DNA of 64,000 bases from Antedon mediterranea (taxonomy: Eukaryota > Animalia > Echinodermata): NCBI RefSeq assembly GCF_964355755.1, contig NC_092672.1:37578437-37642436 (forward strand), in the 5' to 3' direction. Below, piece by piece: positions 14,476 to 29,376 of this stretch; the stretch's first letter is position 1, and each line of letters starts with the position of its first letter. The notes below the pieces were generated by a model. The model had not been told where the DNA came from and searched no databases. It was given only the letters and a program-made list of their open reading frames with translations. The position numbers and the translations under genes were made by a program.

Positions 14476-14764
14476 TTTAACCAAAACACGGCGTACAAAG
14501 CAAACAGACAATTATTTGGTCACACGACGCGCGCGTGCATACGCAATTCACACTATTATAAGTTTCTGAACGCGCACATTTATTGATAAAACATAACCTT
14601 TGACCAGTAAATTTTACTAAACTTTAATCAATGGTTTAATCTGTTTACGGTTTAATGATACTTTTCTGGATGAGTATAGGGGCAGAAATCACACATGTAT
14701 ATGAAGACCATAATCAAAAAATAATGTTTGCATCTTATTAACATGAATGTTTCCTTTTTTTCAG

Positions 14765-17700
14765 GTAGTGATGGTTCACCGGGGGAAGCACGACTCCGGG
14801 AAATCTTATTCCGCCAATACAACAAACTTCCAATTCCAGTTCAGAATACCAGTGATGTACTGGAAATTGTGTTTGACCTGTACCTGTCGCAACTCATAGA
14901 TGTGGTGAGATATATCTTACATATATTCCCAATTGGACGCACCGCAAGCACGTAAGCGCAACATAAAGTTTGACTAATCATGCGATTCATTGGTCAAATC
15001 GCTTGCGTTGCGCTTGCGTCCTTGCGTATGGCTTTTGTCTTTTTTTTTCTTGCGTTGTGCATACGTCTTTGCGTTGCGCTTACGTCCTTGTGTTGCGCTT
15101 ACGTCTTTGCGTTGCGCTTATGTCCTTGAGTTGCGCTTTCGTCATTGCGTTGCGCTTACGTTCTTGAGTTGCGCTTACGTCCTTGCGTTGCGCTTACGTC
15201 CTTGCGTTGCGTCCTAGTGAGAACCAAGCTTAGTGGTTTATAAACGTATCTGTATTTAAAATCTACAATATTATAGATATTATTTATTACTGCTGTACTA
15301 AATACTTCCCTCTCATAGATAATGGAACGTTCCGATCAGATCTCATATAATCTTGAAATGTCAGATATCTTGGGTTTTCTAAATTTAAAAGTCAGATATT
15401 TATTCTGTGAACCGTACCTAAATAATATATTATACTGTAATTGTAGGCTTGCAGATTAATTCATATGCGCATGCAACGCATACAGAATCAACCTAGTTCA
15501 AGAACAAGACGATTCTGGCCGTGGAACCGGATAGGCACACGGTGTACCTTAACATTACTATATTATATTATTGTTTTAATGCAACGCAAGAAGGACATAA
15601 CGCAACGTAAGTTATTTGACCAATCACAAGCGATGGATTATTCGAACAGTGGCTTGTCATTGGTCAACTCGCTTGCGTTGCGAGTACGTCCTTGCGTTGC
15701 GTCTCTGTGGGAGCCACGCTTTACTGGCGTGTGACCGTCTGCCGGTGCAGGTTCTAATTCCAAGTAACATGACGTGAAGCAAATTACAATACTGAATGGC
15801 ATTCTACTTTCAGAAACAAATCCTAACAGTTGTGTATTTCTGTGCAATTTAATTTAAAAATGCACTTAATTCTGTGTGTTCATAACTATAAAATATTGCA
15901 TTACTACAAGAATAAACCGGTGAATTTTCCCTGGATAAAACGAATCATACCTCTGAGCTATGCGGCCCAAATTCTTCATCAATACTAAATGTTATTGCTG
16001 TGTAAATTCTGATAAAACGTAACAAACGCGGGGTAAGTATATCAAATTAAAGCAAAGCGTCGTATACACAAGAAATCTCCAAACATTAATTACACATCAT
16101 AACGATTTCATAACATCAACGTTTGCTATTAAAGCTTCGAATCGCATGTTGAAAGTAAAGCAGCTTGATCTAAAGCCTTGGTTACCATTACGACGAGGCA
16201 ATACAAATCGTACGCGCAACGCAAGACATTAGACCAATCATATCCATTCGAAAAATCAATCGCTGATTGGTCAAATCACTTGCGTACGTGCCGCGCCAGC
16301 GCTGCATCCTAGAGTGAGAACAAATCTTACATCTTGGATTATTCTACATTTGTTTTTATAAATCCATAACATGATTTGTTAAAAGATGGATTTATAAACT
16401 TCAATGAGCCTTTTATAATGTATTCTATTTAAGTTATCTATTTATAACAAGGTAATATGAATTATGTTTATACATGGTAATTGTCTCGTTCGTCGCATGC
16501 TAAATGCGAGACACCTACGAACTGTGATTTATTGCAACAATTACACGACAATTAAGTCTGAAATGACTTGCGTACATGAATAGCCTATCTTCACTTGTAT
16601 TATTACTGTTACATTGCAGGATGAGAGAAACCAAGTCATGACGGCTAAAGTATGGATAATACACGTGAGTTTGCTTTCAGCTTACTATTGATCATTTACT
16701 GGAAATATACTGCAGTATTTCACCATTTCATATAAAGCTCCGTCTACACTATCAAACTTTATGTGACAAAAAAATGTGATGTGCCCATATATAGACATGA
16801 TGACGTCTATGTTTGGGCATATCACTACCATATTTGGGCGCTTCACACTTTTTTGGCAAACTAGTTTGATAGTTTAGATAGAACTTAACAGTTTAACCCT
16901 TAATTTGTTACTTTCTACGCAATGCTGTCATGATTTGTCAAATTACATGCGTTGCGCTTACGCACTTGTGTTGATGCGTCGTGATGCGTCCTAGTGGGAA
17001 CCAAGATTAATAAAGCTTGGTTCCCACTAGGACGCATCACGACATGATTGGTCAAAGTACATTCGTTGCGCTTTACGTCCTTTTGTTGCGTCCTAGTGAG
17101 AACCAAGCTATAACAGAAATTCCCAAAAGTTAAACAATTCGACCTAACACAAAAAGTTCGATGCCCTATTCCAATAGCACATGTATTCTCCCAACTTCCA
17201 AAAACAATATTCAGCCAGCCAGCAATCCCAGGGTCACAATCCCAAGGTCACAAAATATTAACAACAACTTTTTGTTGTTATTTCAATCCGATGAAATATT
17301 GAACACACCGAATATAAGCAGCACCTGCAACATGAACAAACAGGATGAGGCGGCTTATATTAATATAGGCTAGCTACCGACTTGATATCGATATTTGAAA
17401 TCCCTATGTCAAATTCAAAAACCTGAGTAAACAGATTTACAATAGCTTGACGATAAAGATCACTGCTAAACACAGGGGGCGTTTATTACACTTACGGTGA
17501 GGATGTTGAGATATTTGAGATTATTCATCAAGAACCATTTTGTAAAAATTAATAATCAAAACAATTTTAGCAATTTACAGCTACGATAAATGACATTCTA
17601 AAGCGTGGTTCCCACTAGGACGCAACGCAAGGACGTACGCGCAACGCGAGTAATTTGACCAATCACAAACAACAGTAAGTCATTCGAATTGTCTACGTTG

Positions 17701-20700
17701 CGTCTACGTCTACGTTTAAAGCGTGGTTCCCACGAGGACGCAACCCAAGAACGTAACGCAACGTAAGTGATTTGACTAATTATTCGAACAGTCACGTGTG
17801 ATTGGTCAACTCGCTTGCGTGGCGTCTACGTCCTTGCGTTGCGCGTCTGTAGTGGGAACCAATCTTAAATGGGAACCTATCGTAATTAATGTTCAACTTA
17901 AACAATATAATAATAATAAACGAAAAGGTGATTGTTTTCGTCGCATGCGGAGGAGTTTATCCTGAAATATTGTTTCTCCCAAAGGTTAAATTGTTTGAGC
18001 TTTTTCTTAATGTAGGAATGGGTTGATCATCGGTTGCAATGGGAAGAAGATGAGTATGATGGTGTATCTAGTATTATAGTGCCCACAAGCCTAATATGGA
18101 CACCAGATATCATCCTCTATAATAAGTAAGTTCAGTCAGGTCGAGTTGCAATGTAATGTCCAAACAAGAATGGAATATATTTTAGATATTCTTAAGTTTG
18201 CTAGGTTCCCACTAGGACCAACGCAAGGACGTAACGCAATGTAAGTGATTTGACCAATCACAAGCGATGAAATATTCAAACTGCTTTTCATTGGTCAACC
18301 GCTTGCGTTGCGTCCTTGCGTTACGTCCAAGTAGGAACCAAGCTTTATAGCCAAAATAAACAGTATTGTTATCTAATTGTAAGACACACGACAATTTAGA
18401 TGTTTTTAGGCTGTTGGTCCTCCAATTCATTAAATCATTTTAAAATAACCGTTTTTCTTTTCTGCTGCATAGTGCATATGGTCCTTTTGACGTTCGATAC
18501 GCGTCGAACGCTACAATCAGTAGTAACGGAACGGTAAAATGGTTCGTACCGTCAGTCTACAAAAGCGCGTGCCAGGTTGACGTGAAATTCTACCCGTTTG
18601 ACGAGCAGAGATGTGTACTTAAATTTGGTTCTTGGACTTACAATGGTATAGTTGTTGATCTGATTCCACCTAAAAATCAAGACATCATAAGAGAATTCGA
18701 CATTTGGGGGAACTCTGAATGGGACGTGCAGCTATCACCGGGAAAACGAAGCGAAAAGGTTTACCCATGCTGCCCTGGTGCGCCGTACATTGACGTCACA
18801 TTTACATTCGTCTTACAACGGAAACCATTGTTTTACGTAGCGTATTTGCTGCTTCCCTGTGGCCTCATATCGTTCAATACAATTCTTGTGTTTTACCTGC
18901 CTGCTGATTGTTCTGAAAAGATGCAACTGTGTACGTGCATTTTACTTTCTATGGCGGTTTTTCTACTCCTTATATCTCAACAAATCCCGCCAAATGCTAA
19001 TAATTTACCGCTAATTATGAAATATTTACTATTCACGAAAATTATTGTGACGTCATCAATTGTGCTGACAACTTTGATACTTAACATGAGGTTTAGGACG
19101 CCTGAAACGCACGAACTTTCAAACTGGCAAAGAAAGCTATTTCTTGATGTTATTCCTAAATATTTGAAAATGCGTCGACCAGACGCGTTTGATGATCGCT
19201 TCAATCATTCAGAGTCTTCACAAATCAGAAAGGACAGCATCAAGTTGTTGTCAACAAGGGTTGCTAGTATGCTGGCACCGATGATGGTCACAGAGATGGA
19301 GGACGAACTAGAAGCTAGGGCAGAGAGACAGGGTAAGTTATCATGTTTCCCTATATGCAATTTATGTCAATTAAAACAATAACGCGTTTGCTTTATGTGC
19401 AAACGCAAACACGAACGAAGCTCTTCCATTGGTCATTGATTTCAGTTTTAAAAACAACAAGCACGTAAAGCTTGGTTACCACTAGGACGCAGCGCAAGGA
19501 CGTAAGCGAGTTTTTATTATTTTTATTTTATGTCTTTAGGCCAATGTGGCCAAGGATTACCAATAGAATCACTGTCCTATCAGATAGGTGGTAATCCCCC
19601 TCATACAGGGGCTATTTTGTGAACCAGTTCACCGGGGTACTACTCTTCTCGAATAATGAACTGGGTTCTTTAAAGTGCACACAGGTTATAACTGTTTACA
19701 CTGGACCTACGAGAAGACTTGTTCCACCACCAGAACTAGGAGCGAGTCGGCCTCGAACCCTTGCCGATGTTGTTAGCTCTTTAGGTACGGCACACGGCGC
19801 CCCTGCCTTAACGGCCATTTGACTGACCAGTTGACCAATAAAAAGCAAAAATTCGGATAATCCATCGCTTGTGATTGGTTAAATTGCTTACGTCGCGCTT
19901 ACGTCGTTGTGTTACGTCCCAGTCGGAACCAAGCTTAAACGAGGCAACATTAGCGTGCTGTTTGTGTATGCTAAACAGTTCACTGGGTGCTTCATTTACG
20001 TGATTACGACTAACGTACGCTTTTTGCGCGATTACGGTTACGCATTATTATTATTAAACACATCATCAATTACCGGTTTACACAATTTTGTTATCAATAT
20101 TAATAGTTTAAAGCACGTGTAGCGGCATTTAAAAACAACAAAACCGTTCGATAGAATGTTTACACCTCTTTAGACGTGGCGTCACTGCGGCGGTCAACAA
20201 TAATGACATACTGTAAATAGCAACAGTGATAAATGAAATTATATCAATTGACTTCATTAAAACAAATGAACGAACCGACTGAGTTACCCATCAATAGTTG
20301 ATTAACGAGTTAGTTGTAAACCCCGTCGTCGGGTCGATTCGTAGCGTATTCAAAAGGAGAAGGTGAGATAGCGGTTATCGAATTATTTCTCGTATGAATC
20401 ATTCGTTACGTTCTGTCTACACTATCAAACTAGTTTGACAAAAAAAGTGTGATGTTCACAAATATGGTAGTGATATGCTCAAATATGGTAGTGATATGAC
20501 ATCATCATGTCCATATATGGCCACATCACATTTTGTTTGTCACATAAAGTTTGATAGTGTAGACAGAGCTTTATATAACACCTCCAATTGAAGGTGGGAT
20601 TCCTTTTTGAAGATTTACATATTATTTATTCTGGAGAATAAATTTTTTTATTTCGTTTTTGGGAGGGCATATCGTGTCTGTCATGCATATGCTTATTTTT

Positions 20701-23700
20701 AGGGTGACGTGTGCAATGACATTATATTCGCGTTCACAATGTTTGCACCACAAATCAACAGAAACACAGTTCAATTCCAATTAAAATCAAACAAAATAAA
20801 ATATATATCTGCTTTTTTAAAGTAGTAGGCCTACAAAATAGTCTTATACGTATGGATCATGTGCAATTTAACCTAGTACATTTTTCGAGACGAGTGGGGG
20901 GTTGTGGAGCCGTGAAATGTGCAAAGTCACATTTGTGCAAACAACCACATTTGTGCAAACATCTTAACTTCAAATGTGCAAATCTGTAAAAATTCATAAC
21001 CCGCAAATTACCCCGGTGTACTAGTATACACAGTCACTGTCACACAGTTATCATATCATATATATCTATAAATAAGGTTAAATTAAAAAAAATACTGTCT
21101 TATATAAGGGAGTAAGGAAGCAATCCCCTGTAAGTAATTGAAAAGACTTGTAATTACACTTGTCAGGATAGTAGCCATCTTGTATAGATATAGTATTTAA
21201 ACTTCTCTACTCGGTCGGTCGTCAGGTATTTGAATAACCCCATGGCAGGCCTTTATCACAAGTTCAGCTACCGCACTGGATTGACAAGCCTACAGGCATA
21301 TTGATAACAATCTTGATGCTCTACGGAATATTACAATTATGTATCTACTGATGAGGCTATATAGTAATACTCATTGGTATGATGCTGTTAGATATTGCTC
21401 TATTTTAGATAACGCTGGGGATAAGACACCGTAAGAAAGGGTCACAAGGAATTAAGTAGTAGTGGAGAAACGCCCTAAAGCCTTGTCTACACTATCAAAC
21501 TTTGTGACAAAAATGCGATGTGTCTATATATGGACATGATGATGTCATATCACTACCATATTTTGGCATACCACTACTATATTTGGGCACATGACACGTA
21601 GTTTGTCAAACTAGTTCGATAATGTACAGTAGACAGAGAGTAGAACCGACAGCAGAAATGGAGACCTAAAAGTTTGCGCCCTGCCCTATCATGAAAATGA
21701 TCGAAAGCACGAAACGGATGGAAATTGATACAAACGAATTCAAACAAAGTCTTATTTGAATATTAAGATGTATGCCCAACTATATAGATTGTACCGAATA
21801 CCCAGTAAATGTGAATACTTTAAGCTCTAATGGTAGATTAGAGAAAAAATAATGAGACCATTTCAGAACTACTAAAGTCCTACCAAGAGCAATTTTACGC
21901 AATTATAGTTGTTTTATTTCATAATATACTGTCGTGCTGTGGCAATACAAGACATCAACCCAGCCGATATGAGTTAATGAATAGTTTAAAGGTGCTACCT
22001 TCAAATCTTAACTCGAAACACATTCGATACTTCCCGACAAAGTGATAGCCTATAACGTTAATCAAAACCCCAAGCGGGAAGGGGAGAGGTGGTGTATGGT
22101 GTACATCACTCCGGCGAGTTACACGTTCCAGATAAACAACGACGACGCGAAACGCGATGCTGGCATCTTATCTAGTTAGTGTGAAACCTCCTCTTATGAA
22201 GGCAATTATCACATAACGTACTAATTCAACATGTCCATATTGTATATAACTAGACACAGGGTAATAAAACAAATAGCATGCATAGAATGAGGTTTTATGT
22301 TTCACATAAATTACATTGTTTAATTATTGTATGATTATATCACTGAGACAATGTCATTATTTTATGGTAAAGTAAATCATATACGTACGTTAATTATTAA
22401 TACAAGTTTTATGATATGACATCAAGACAAATTGCTAAAACGCGAAATTATTTAATTACAGCGATATCAAAATAAATTGCTAATCAATAAATTACATGCA
22501 TGTCTTAATGGAAATTAGGTAAAAGGTTGATATAAGTTGATGACGCGTCAACAACAACTTGATAGGTGAGATGTGACGCGTTTGAATCCAATTAGAAACG
22601 TAGTATCGCGCTTACGTCATCATTAACAGACAGCATCACTTGTTTTACGATGAAGTCTTGTCATACATACACTTCCATACATTAAACAAGATCTTTAAAA
22701 ATAGTATTATTAGTTTAAGAATAGCCATAAACAGTGTAAATAACCAGTTTATTTTAATTGCGCATTGGACGCTCACATTCTAAACATGGTTTCATACTAG
22801 GGGGCGGGGGATGGGGGTCGGTAAAACTCCCTGTTCGACAAGTAGTCTCAGTACTTTACACATACTGTACATACATTTTGCTTCAACTAAACATGTATTC
22901 TGAAGTAAGTACCTAAAGACAAAACAAAAATGTTAGTCTGAAATATTCAATTCCAAATGATATTTGTTAAAATCTTGTTTGGCTTTAGGCCTACTTCGTA
23001 ATGGTTCGTATTTACATTTATCACAAATCACTTTACAGTACAAAATGGATGTAAATGTTTAAAGCTTTAATTTGCGTTTTCTGATAGGAATGTGATTTCA
23101 GGAATTCGTAAACCATAAAAACGGTCATAACAAACATTCAATAGATAATTAACTAAGTTTTGAAATTTGTAGACAACAATAGCTATAAAATTGTCAGTAG
23201 AGGATTGTTGCGAAATGTGATTATTTTGTTTGGAGAGATGTAGTTTATTCGCGTTCGTAGCGGTATTATCGCAATACAGTCGTAATGCACATGCGTACGT
23301 GGTATAGTTTTTTTTGCTGTTGTTGTTTCAATTGTTTGTTTTTTTCCTTAGGTTTACTAAATCAAGGTAGCATGGGTCATAGTTCAATGGATCCCGATAT
23401 GTCCGTGTCATCTAATTCATACACAAGCATCAAAGACGCCGTGAATGACGTAGTGTATATTACGTCACAGTACGCGTTCACAGAGGAAACGTGCAAGGTA
23501 TACAAATAAAATAACTCACATTTTTATAAACATTCTAATAAATCTTGGCACCGCGCGCCCTCTTTTGAAAGATAAATCAATCAATTAATAAACACCATTG
23601 AACGTCAATCAATACAGTATAGGCCTGCCCTCTAAAGCGTGGCAACGCAAGAAGCGAGTTGACCAATGACAAGCCAATGTTCGAATAATCCATCGCTTGT

Positions 23701-24111
23701 GATTGGTCCTTGCGTTTCTTTTTTCTTTGTAGGTGCGCCTGGTCCCACACAGGACGCGCAACGCAACGACGTAAGCGCAACACATGCGAGTTGACCAATG
23801 ACAATCGACAGTTAGAATATTCCATCGCTTGTGATTGGTCTTTAATTTCGCTGCGCTTACGTTCTTTTGTATTGGTTACATCGCAGCAATTGAAACCAAG
23901 TCTGCTTAACGTTTTTTCTTATTCCTTTATTCTACAGGCCAAAGAAGAGTGGAAGTACTGCGCGATGGTGCTGGATCGCATTTTCCTGATCATATATCTG
24001 TGTGGTGTCTTCATTGGGACAGTAATAATAATCATGGAAGCGCCTCTAGCAACTACATTCTTCTATGAACAATTTTGGTCATCATCTAACACAACAGCTG
24101 ACGATATTTGA
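14765..24111 (+). CDS. Nicotinic acetylcholine receptor alpha-type subunit (Cys-loop ligand-gated ion channel), 5'-partial
   Basis: Exons 14765-14904, 16620-16664 (45 nt), 18016-18125 (110 nt), 18473-19332, 23352-23497, 23938-24111; all GT-AG and in phase. Motifs: WTPDIILYN, Cys-loop CQVDVKFYPFDEQRC, FGSWTY, loop C YPCCPGAPY (vicinal Cys, hence alpha), M1-M3, and EEWKYCAMVLDRIFL before M4. Signal-peptide exon not located. Confidence 0.95.
16735..16886. mobile_element. MITE family A copy (AGCTCTGTCTACACTATCAAACT TIR)
   Basis: Degenerate TIRs and the conserved internal gtgcccatatat/accatatttggg units. Confidence 0.8.
19520..19820 (-). mobile_element. tRNA-derived SINE remnant
   Basis: Minus strand starts tggccgttaaggcagg... 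with B-box-like gggttcgaggcc, has a SINE-like body (gggttctttaaagtgcac on +) and an A-rich tail. Confidence 0.45.
20411..20571. mobile_element. MITE family A copy
   Basis: tctgtctacactatcaaact ... agtttgatagtgtagacagagct TIR. Confidence 0.85.
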
Positions 24112-24459
24112 AAACGGACAGATCAGAAATTACAGTCAACTTTTTGGGGTGCAACATTTAGGCAAGGATTGGTATACATGATGAAACACCCTCGTTTATA
24201 TTATACAACATATTAGTATGCAACAGATCATACCATAGCCTGCTAATCGAAATAAGTAGATTTTTCGATGCACATGTGACGTCACAGCAATTTACGGCAA
24301 CGGCTGTACGGCGAGCGCGTGTGGCGATATCATTAATCTCGCTATTTGTCTGAAATCATACGTACATCCCTAAAACGTTGTAAAAATACTATCCCCGGTC
24401 AAGTTGTCCTTTAAAAAATATGAAGTAAAATAGATAGCATTTAAAACAAAAAATTCTTA

Positions 24460-24605
24460 AGCTCTGTCTACGCTATCAAACTAGTAGTCATGTCATCAAA
24501 CATGGTAGTGATGTGCCCAAATATGATGGTAACTGGTAATATGACATCATAATGTCCATAAATCACATTTTTTGTCACATAAAGTTTGATAGTGTAGACA
24601 GAGCT
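24460..24605. mobile_element. MITE family A copy with TTA TSD
   Basis: tta|agctctgtctacgctatcaaact ... agtttgatagtgtagacagagct|tta. Confidence 0.85.
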
Positions 24606-26774
24606 TTAGGTTCGATACCCAGGTCACAGAATTGTGTCACGCATGGAATATGGGAAATGTTAAGAGTTAGGCCGCTAGCGTAAAAAACGCTTGTTTTCCG
24701 TCACGCAGTGCAAGGTATACATCTATTTGTGTGTTTAGATAAAGGTTGCTGAAAATATTACATTTTTGCGCGATAAGACACGTCTGGGTATCACGTGATA
24801 TTGAGAATAAAATTGCATCCATACCTTAATGTTGATGAACTTGTTGTGGTTAGTGCAAACCCGGTTACGAAAATGACTGGCCTAGAAGCGTACACTCCGG
24901 TCCGAAGTTGCGTTTTGACGAACGCGAGAGGTGAATCACTGGCGAAAGGTATTGGTAGAATTTGCTAATCTACATATCAGTTGATGGAGGCTGCGCTAAA
25001 CACAAGACGTACATCATATTAAATGGGATGATGAAGGCCTTACAATGATGAATGTGATTCACGTTGACAGTGAGCGAAGCTGATCACCAATCCATCATGT
25101 TATATCACACCAATTAGAAAAAAAAGGTGATTTATTATTCGCGTTTACAGTGCTTATTCATTGCTGTGTATTGTATATAGAGACATAGTTAATTGATTCT
25201 GTAACATTTTAGGTAAAGCTATATTAACAAACGACATTAATGTCAAAATAATTGTAAATTATATTTTGCCTTCTTCTTCCAAATTACATTTAACCCACTA
25301 AGTTCGTCTTCCAATTTTTATTTTAACAGTATTTATGAAATTATAAAATATCTATAAGTAAATGTAATATTTTATTTATCGTGTACAGTACTGCTATATT
25401 CTGGTTTTTGTTTTTCCATAACCTCAGAATCACGTTTAATTTAAAGACAACCTGTCCTGTATGATTTGCATATCATAGGTATAAGGGCATATTTGTTGAA
25501 ATATCATCTTTTCTACACAAACGTAATGTAGGGAGATAGAAACCGATAACTTGGACGCCAATACGACGTAAGCATAACGCAAGTGAGTTGACCAGTCGTC
25601 ACAAGCGACAGTTTCAATTATTATCGCGTCGTCGTTGGTCAAATTAATTTCGGTGCGCTTACGTCCGTGTTTTGCGTCCAAACGTTAACTGAGTTTTTAA
25701 AAAACTGTACATTAATGTACTATTAGGACAGTCGTAAACTCATTAAGGTCAACAAAGGTCAAGAGATAAAATAAATAATATTTAATAGCAATCTTCTTGT
25801 ACTTCTATCATGCGTGTGTTGATACCGCAAAACATCAATCAATTATTGAATCATTACTTGAGCATACATCAATGGAGAAAGACCGACGTTTTAAGTGAAA
25901 ATAATGATCTATTATATAACAAACTATGTTTTACAAACGACAGTAGAATCCCTCATTTGTTCAGAATGACTTTTCGACGTAGACACATGACGGAAACGAA
26001 AGGTTGCTTTATGACTACGCACATGACTACGCGCATGACTACGCGCATGTTTTAACCTTTTTTGTATTTGTTGCATTTGTTTTGTTTGGTCTGTCAGTAT
26101 TTTACCCATTTTATCATATTTTATTATGTTGTAACAAGCAAGACAAAAAGTCAAGCCAGTTTGACGAAATAAAATAATTGAAGGATAAAGGATTTGGACC
26201 AACGACCGTAGAAGGCAACGAATCAAAGCCTACATACCACTGATTCCGCCTGTCAGTCAATCTTCACAAAGTAAATCTTGCCAAGATCTAAGTCTATAGA
26301 GATTGCACATCACTTAGCCAGGTTACAATGCACCTATGGCCTTTTAAAGTGCCGCGATTTTCACCTGCGTCAGGGCAGGTGAGTAAATAATACATATCCC
26401 ATGCGGACAAAGTGTAACAACGCAACGGTTGCCAATAAAGCCACGGATGCAACCCAACGGTTGCCAATAAAGCCACACTTACAACCCAACGGGATAATTG
26501 CAACAATTATGTTTAGCCTTGTGTTAGCTAGGGCGCTTAATGTTCCGATAGCATTGATCATGGTCATAACCCGCTTAAAACAGTTTAAGTTCATGTGACG
26601 TGTAACGATATCAGGTAGATAACATTAAGTATCACATCGACCCGGCTGGTCTAGTTGAATACATCAACTGAATAATATTTCATGATAAATATTTTATAAG
26701 GTACGATGTATAATTATAACATTACCATATTAGGTAAATAAACAACAATTTGGAATTGTTACAAACTAATTTGA

Positions 26775-27272
26775 TTGGTTCCCCCTAGGAGACGCAGCGA
26801 AAGTAAGTTGACCAATGACAAGCGTTCGAATAATCCATCGCCTGTGATTGGTCAAATCTTTACGTTGCGCTTACGTCATTATTGCACTGCAATTAAAGCC
26901 ATGGTTCCCACTAGGACGTAACGCAAGGGCGTAAACGTAACTCAAACGAGTTGACCAATCAGATAAGCGACACTTGAATAACCTGTGATTGCGCTTGCGT
27001 TGCGCTTACGTTCTTGCGTTGCGTCGTACTGGGAATCAAACTTAAAGCGTGGTTCCCACTAGCGACGCAACGCAAGGACGTAACGCAACGCAAGTGAATT
27101 GACCAATCACAAGCGATGGCTTATTCAATTGTGATTGCTAACTTTCTATAACTTCGCTTGTCATTGGTTAAAACGCTTGCGTTGCGTTTACGTCCTTGCG
27201 TTACGTTCTAGTGGGAACCAAGCTTTACGTTGCGTAGATTGCTTTACGTTGCGTCGCTAGTGAGAACAAAGC
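26775..27272. mobile_element. Cluster of MITE family B copies (AGCTTGGTTCCCACTAG TIR); best copy 27046-27224
   Basis: taa|agcgtggttcccactag ... ctagtgggaaccaagct|tta with internal gacgcaacgcaaggacgtaa and gaccaatcacaagcgatgg. Other copies or fragments lie near 10490-10800, 14930-15232, 15580-15722, 16173-16330, 16915-17110, 17600-17867, 18200-18345, 19467-19936, 23633-23880, 25550-25690, 36904-36962, 42068-42335, 53982-54115 and 57420-57530. Confidence 0.85.
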
Positions 27273-27298
27273 ATCTGGAAGAATGTTATAAGGCAAAC

Positions 27299-27381
27299 TA
27301 TATTGTAAGATACGGTATATACTGTATATATTGTAAGATACGGTATATACTGTATATATTGTAAGATACGGTATATACTGT
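27299..27381. repeat. 28-bp tandem repeat x3
   Basis: tattgtaagatacggtatatactgtata at 27301, 27329 and 27357. Confidence 0.85.
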
Positions 27382-29376
27382 TCCGACAAATTGATCGCGG
27401 GCATAACACGTGAACGGTATTTGATTTCATGTGTTATACTGTCATGTCGTGTAGATATTGGATAGCAGTCATTAAATAATGATTTCCCATATCATTTATG
27501 GTTGCACACCAAACACGAATGACCTGCTTAAATAAATCAAACTGTATTAATTTATTATAAAATTTCATTTATTCAAGTATAATATTTCGGCTTGCTAATA
27601 GATGACATTTGATAAGAGTACCTTAAACACATTACGGTTGAATGTTTGGAATAAGAATATTTGAAATAGTACATAACCAGAGCGTATCGGAGCTAACGTT
27701 GCATACATTTGACTTAAAATACCGCAGTTGTAGATGCAGTGAGGTGTTTTTGAATAACACAACTCTCAGATATTTCTTCTCTGTCGTGAAGCGTGGATGA
27801 TCGATAGTGTTTTAAAGTAACTGATAAATTTCTCATCATTACATACAACTTCTCTTTTTTTTTTGTCGATGAATGAGTATGACCCAAGTCACTAACCCTT
27901 CTCTGATCAAAAACAGTTTAATATTCCTTACTAACAGTAAGTAAAAATAATAGGTAATAAGCATTATGTTTGTTTAACTTAACCTTAAAGGCCAGGTGCG
28001 GGCAAAAAATTTCTATTGATCATACATTCCAATAATTATCGATCTATAGTTTCCCCTATGTTTCATAATTTTTGGGATTTTATTTGTGTTACACAAGCTT
28101 GTTGAAAATAAGCACTTTCTTATCAGTGGGGGGATAGTTCAAATTACACAGTAAAATCTCTATTCTTTTGTACACACATTTTGTAAATAGAGAGGCACTT
28201 TAAAAAGCTATGAAAACTAAACAGTGTGGTAAAAAATGTTATCAGATGACTAAATATAGGTAATATAACTTGAATATTACATTTATGGTATTTTTATTCA
28301 ACTTCAGATTTTTATTTTCATGCTATAGCAAAAATTATCCACCGTATATCCACCATCTTTTTTCACCTTCTAGGGAGTCACCAGAAATGTTATTACATTA
28401 GGTTAACCACCTAACTACTGAAAAAAAGTCTTCCTGGTTTTTATGGAAGAATTTTGCCAAATTTTGTATTTGACGATATTAAGGGAAATTCATGTTTTTT
28501 CGTCTTGATTTCTGTTACAAATATTTGATTTATGTACAATTAACCAACATTTTTATTAAAATTTCACGCCTGTACCTACAATACAGCATGGTTCAATGAC
28601 TAAAAAAATTAATTAATTTAGAAGATTTTATTGCATTATTTATTAAAGTACAGTCTGTTTTGTCCAAATTCATGACTGTGGATAATACTGATAGGAATAT
28701 AATGATTATATACAGCTAAAACAAATTCATTTCTAATTTCCAGTATTACTGGCAATTTTCTACGATTATAAATTTATATACATCCATATGTATTCGCTTC
28801 AAATTAATTAATTCATTTCGTATAAATTCTGTGACTGTGATGTATATTATATATATATATTCTTATATTATATTATAAAAGCTTTGCTTGCTTGTTGTTA
28901 TCCTGTTTTACACACTTTATTGTACTTTATCTTCTTTTTCGATATATTTTTATGAATGTTGTGTGAAAAATAAAGAATCAATCAATCAATTTGCAGACTT
29001 GACTGTTTGATCTTATTAGATCTCATCTGGGCAGAATATTATAAATTGTATTTTAAACCAATGTGATTGTGTTTATTGTTGCGAAAATTGTAAATTTAAT
29101 ATTATATCACAGGATATTTTTGTTACCAAGAAGGGTAATGTATGTCACTGTAACCAAATGACTGCCAACTGCTGTCTAAAGATAAAAAAGAAAAACCTTT
29201 TATGTGCGTGTATCTTTGCTTCGTAGATTACGTACTTTGTTATGAATAAATATTGTTTGCGCCTAAGAAATACAGCATTTAACCTTACCGACAGGTGAAA
29301 CAACATAGCATATATATATATAGATTATTGATGGCATCATATGATAAGATAGTATCAAGAATCACTCACTTGTACA

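Noticed and set aside
26230-26600. Overlapping short ORFs and splice-donor-like motifs between nAChR and GLT1D1
   Set aside because: No partner exons or recognisable protein; it could be regulatory or a non-coding exon but is unsupported.
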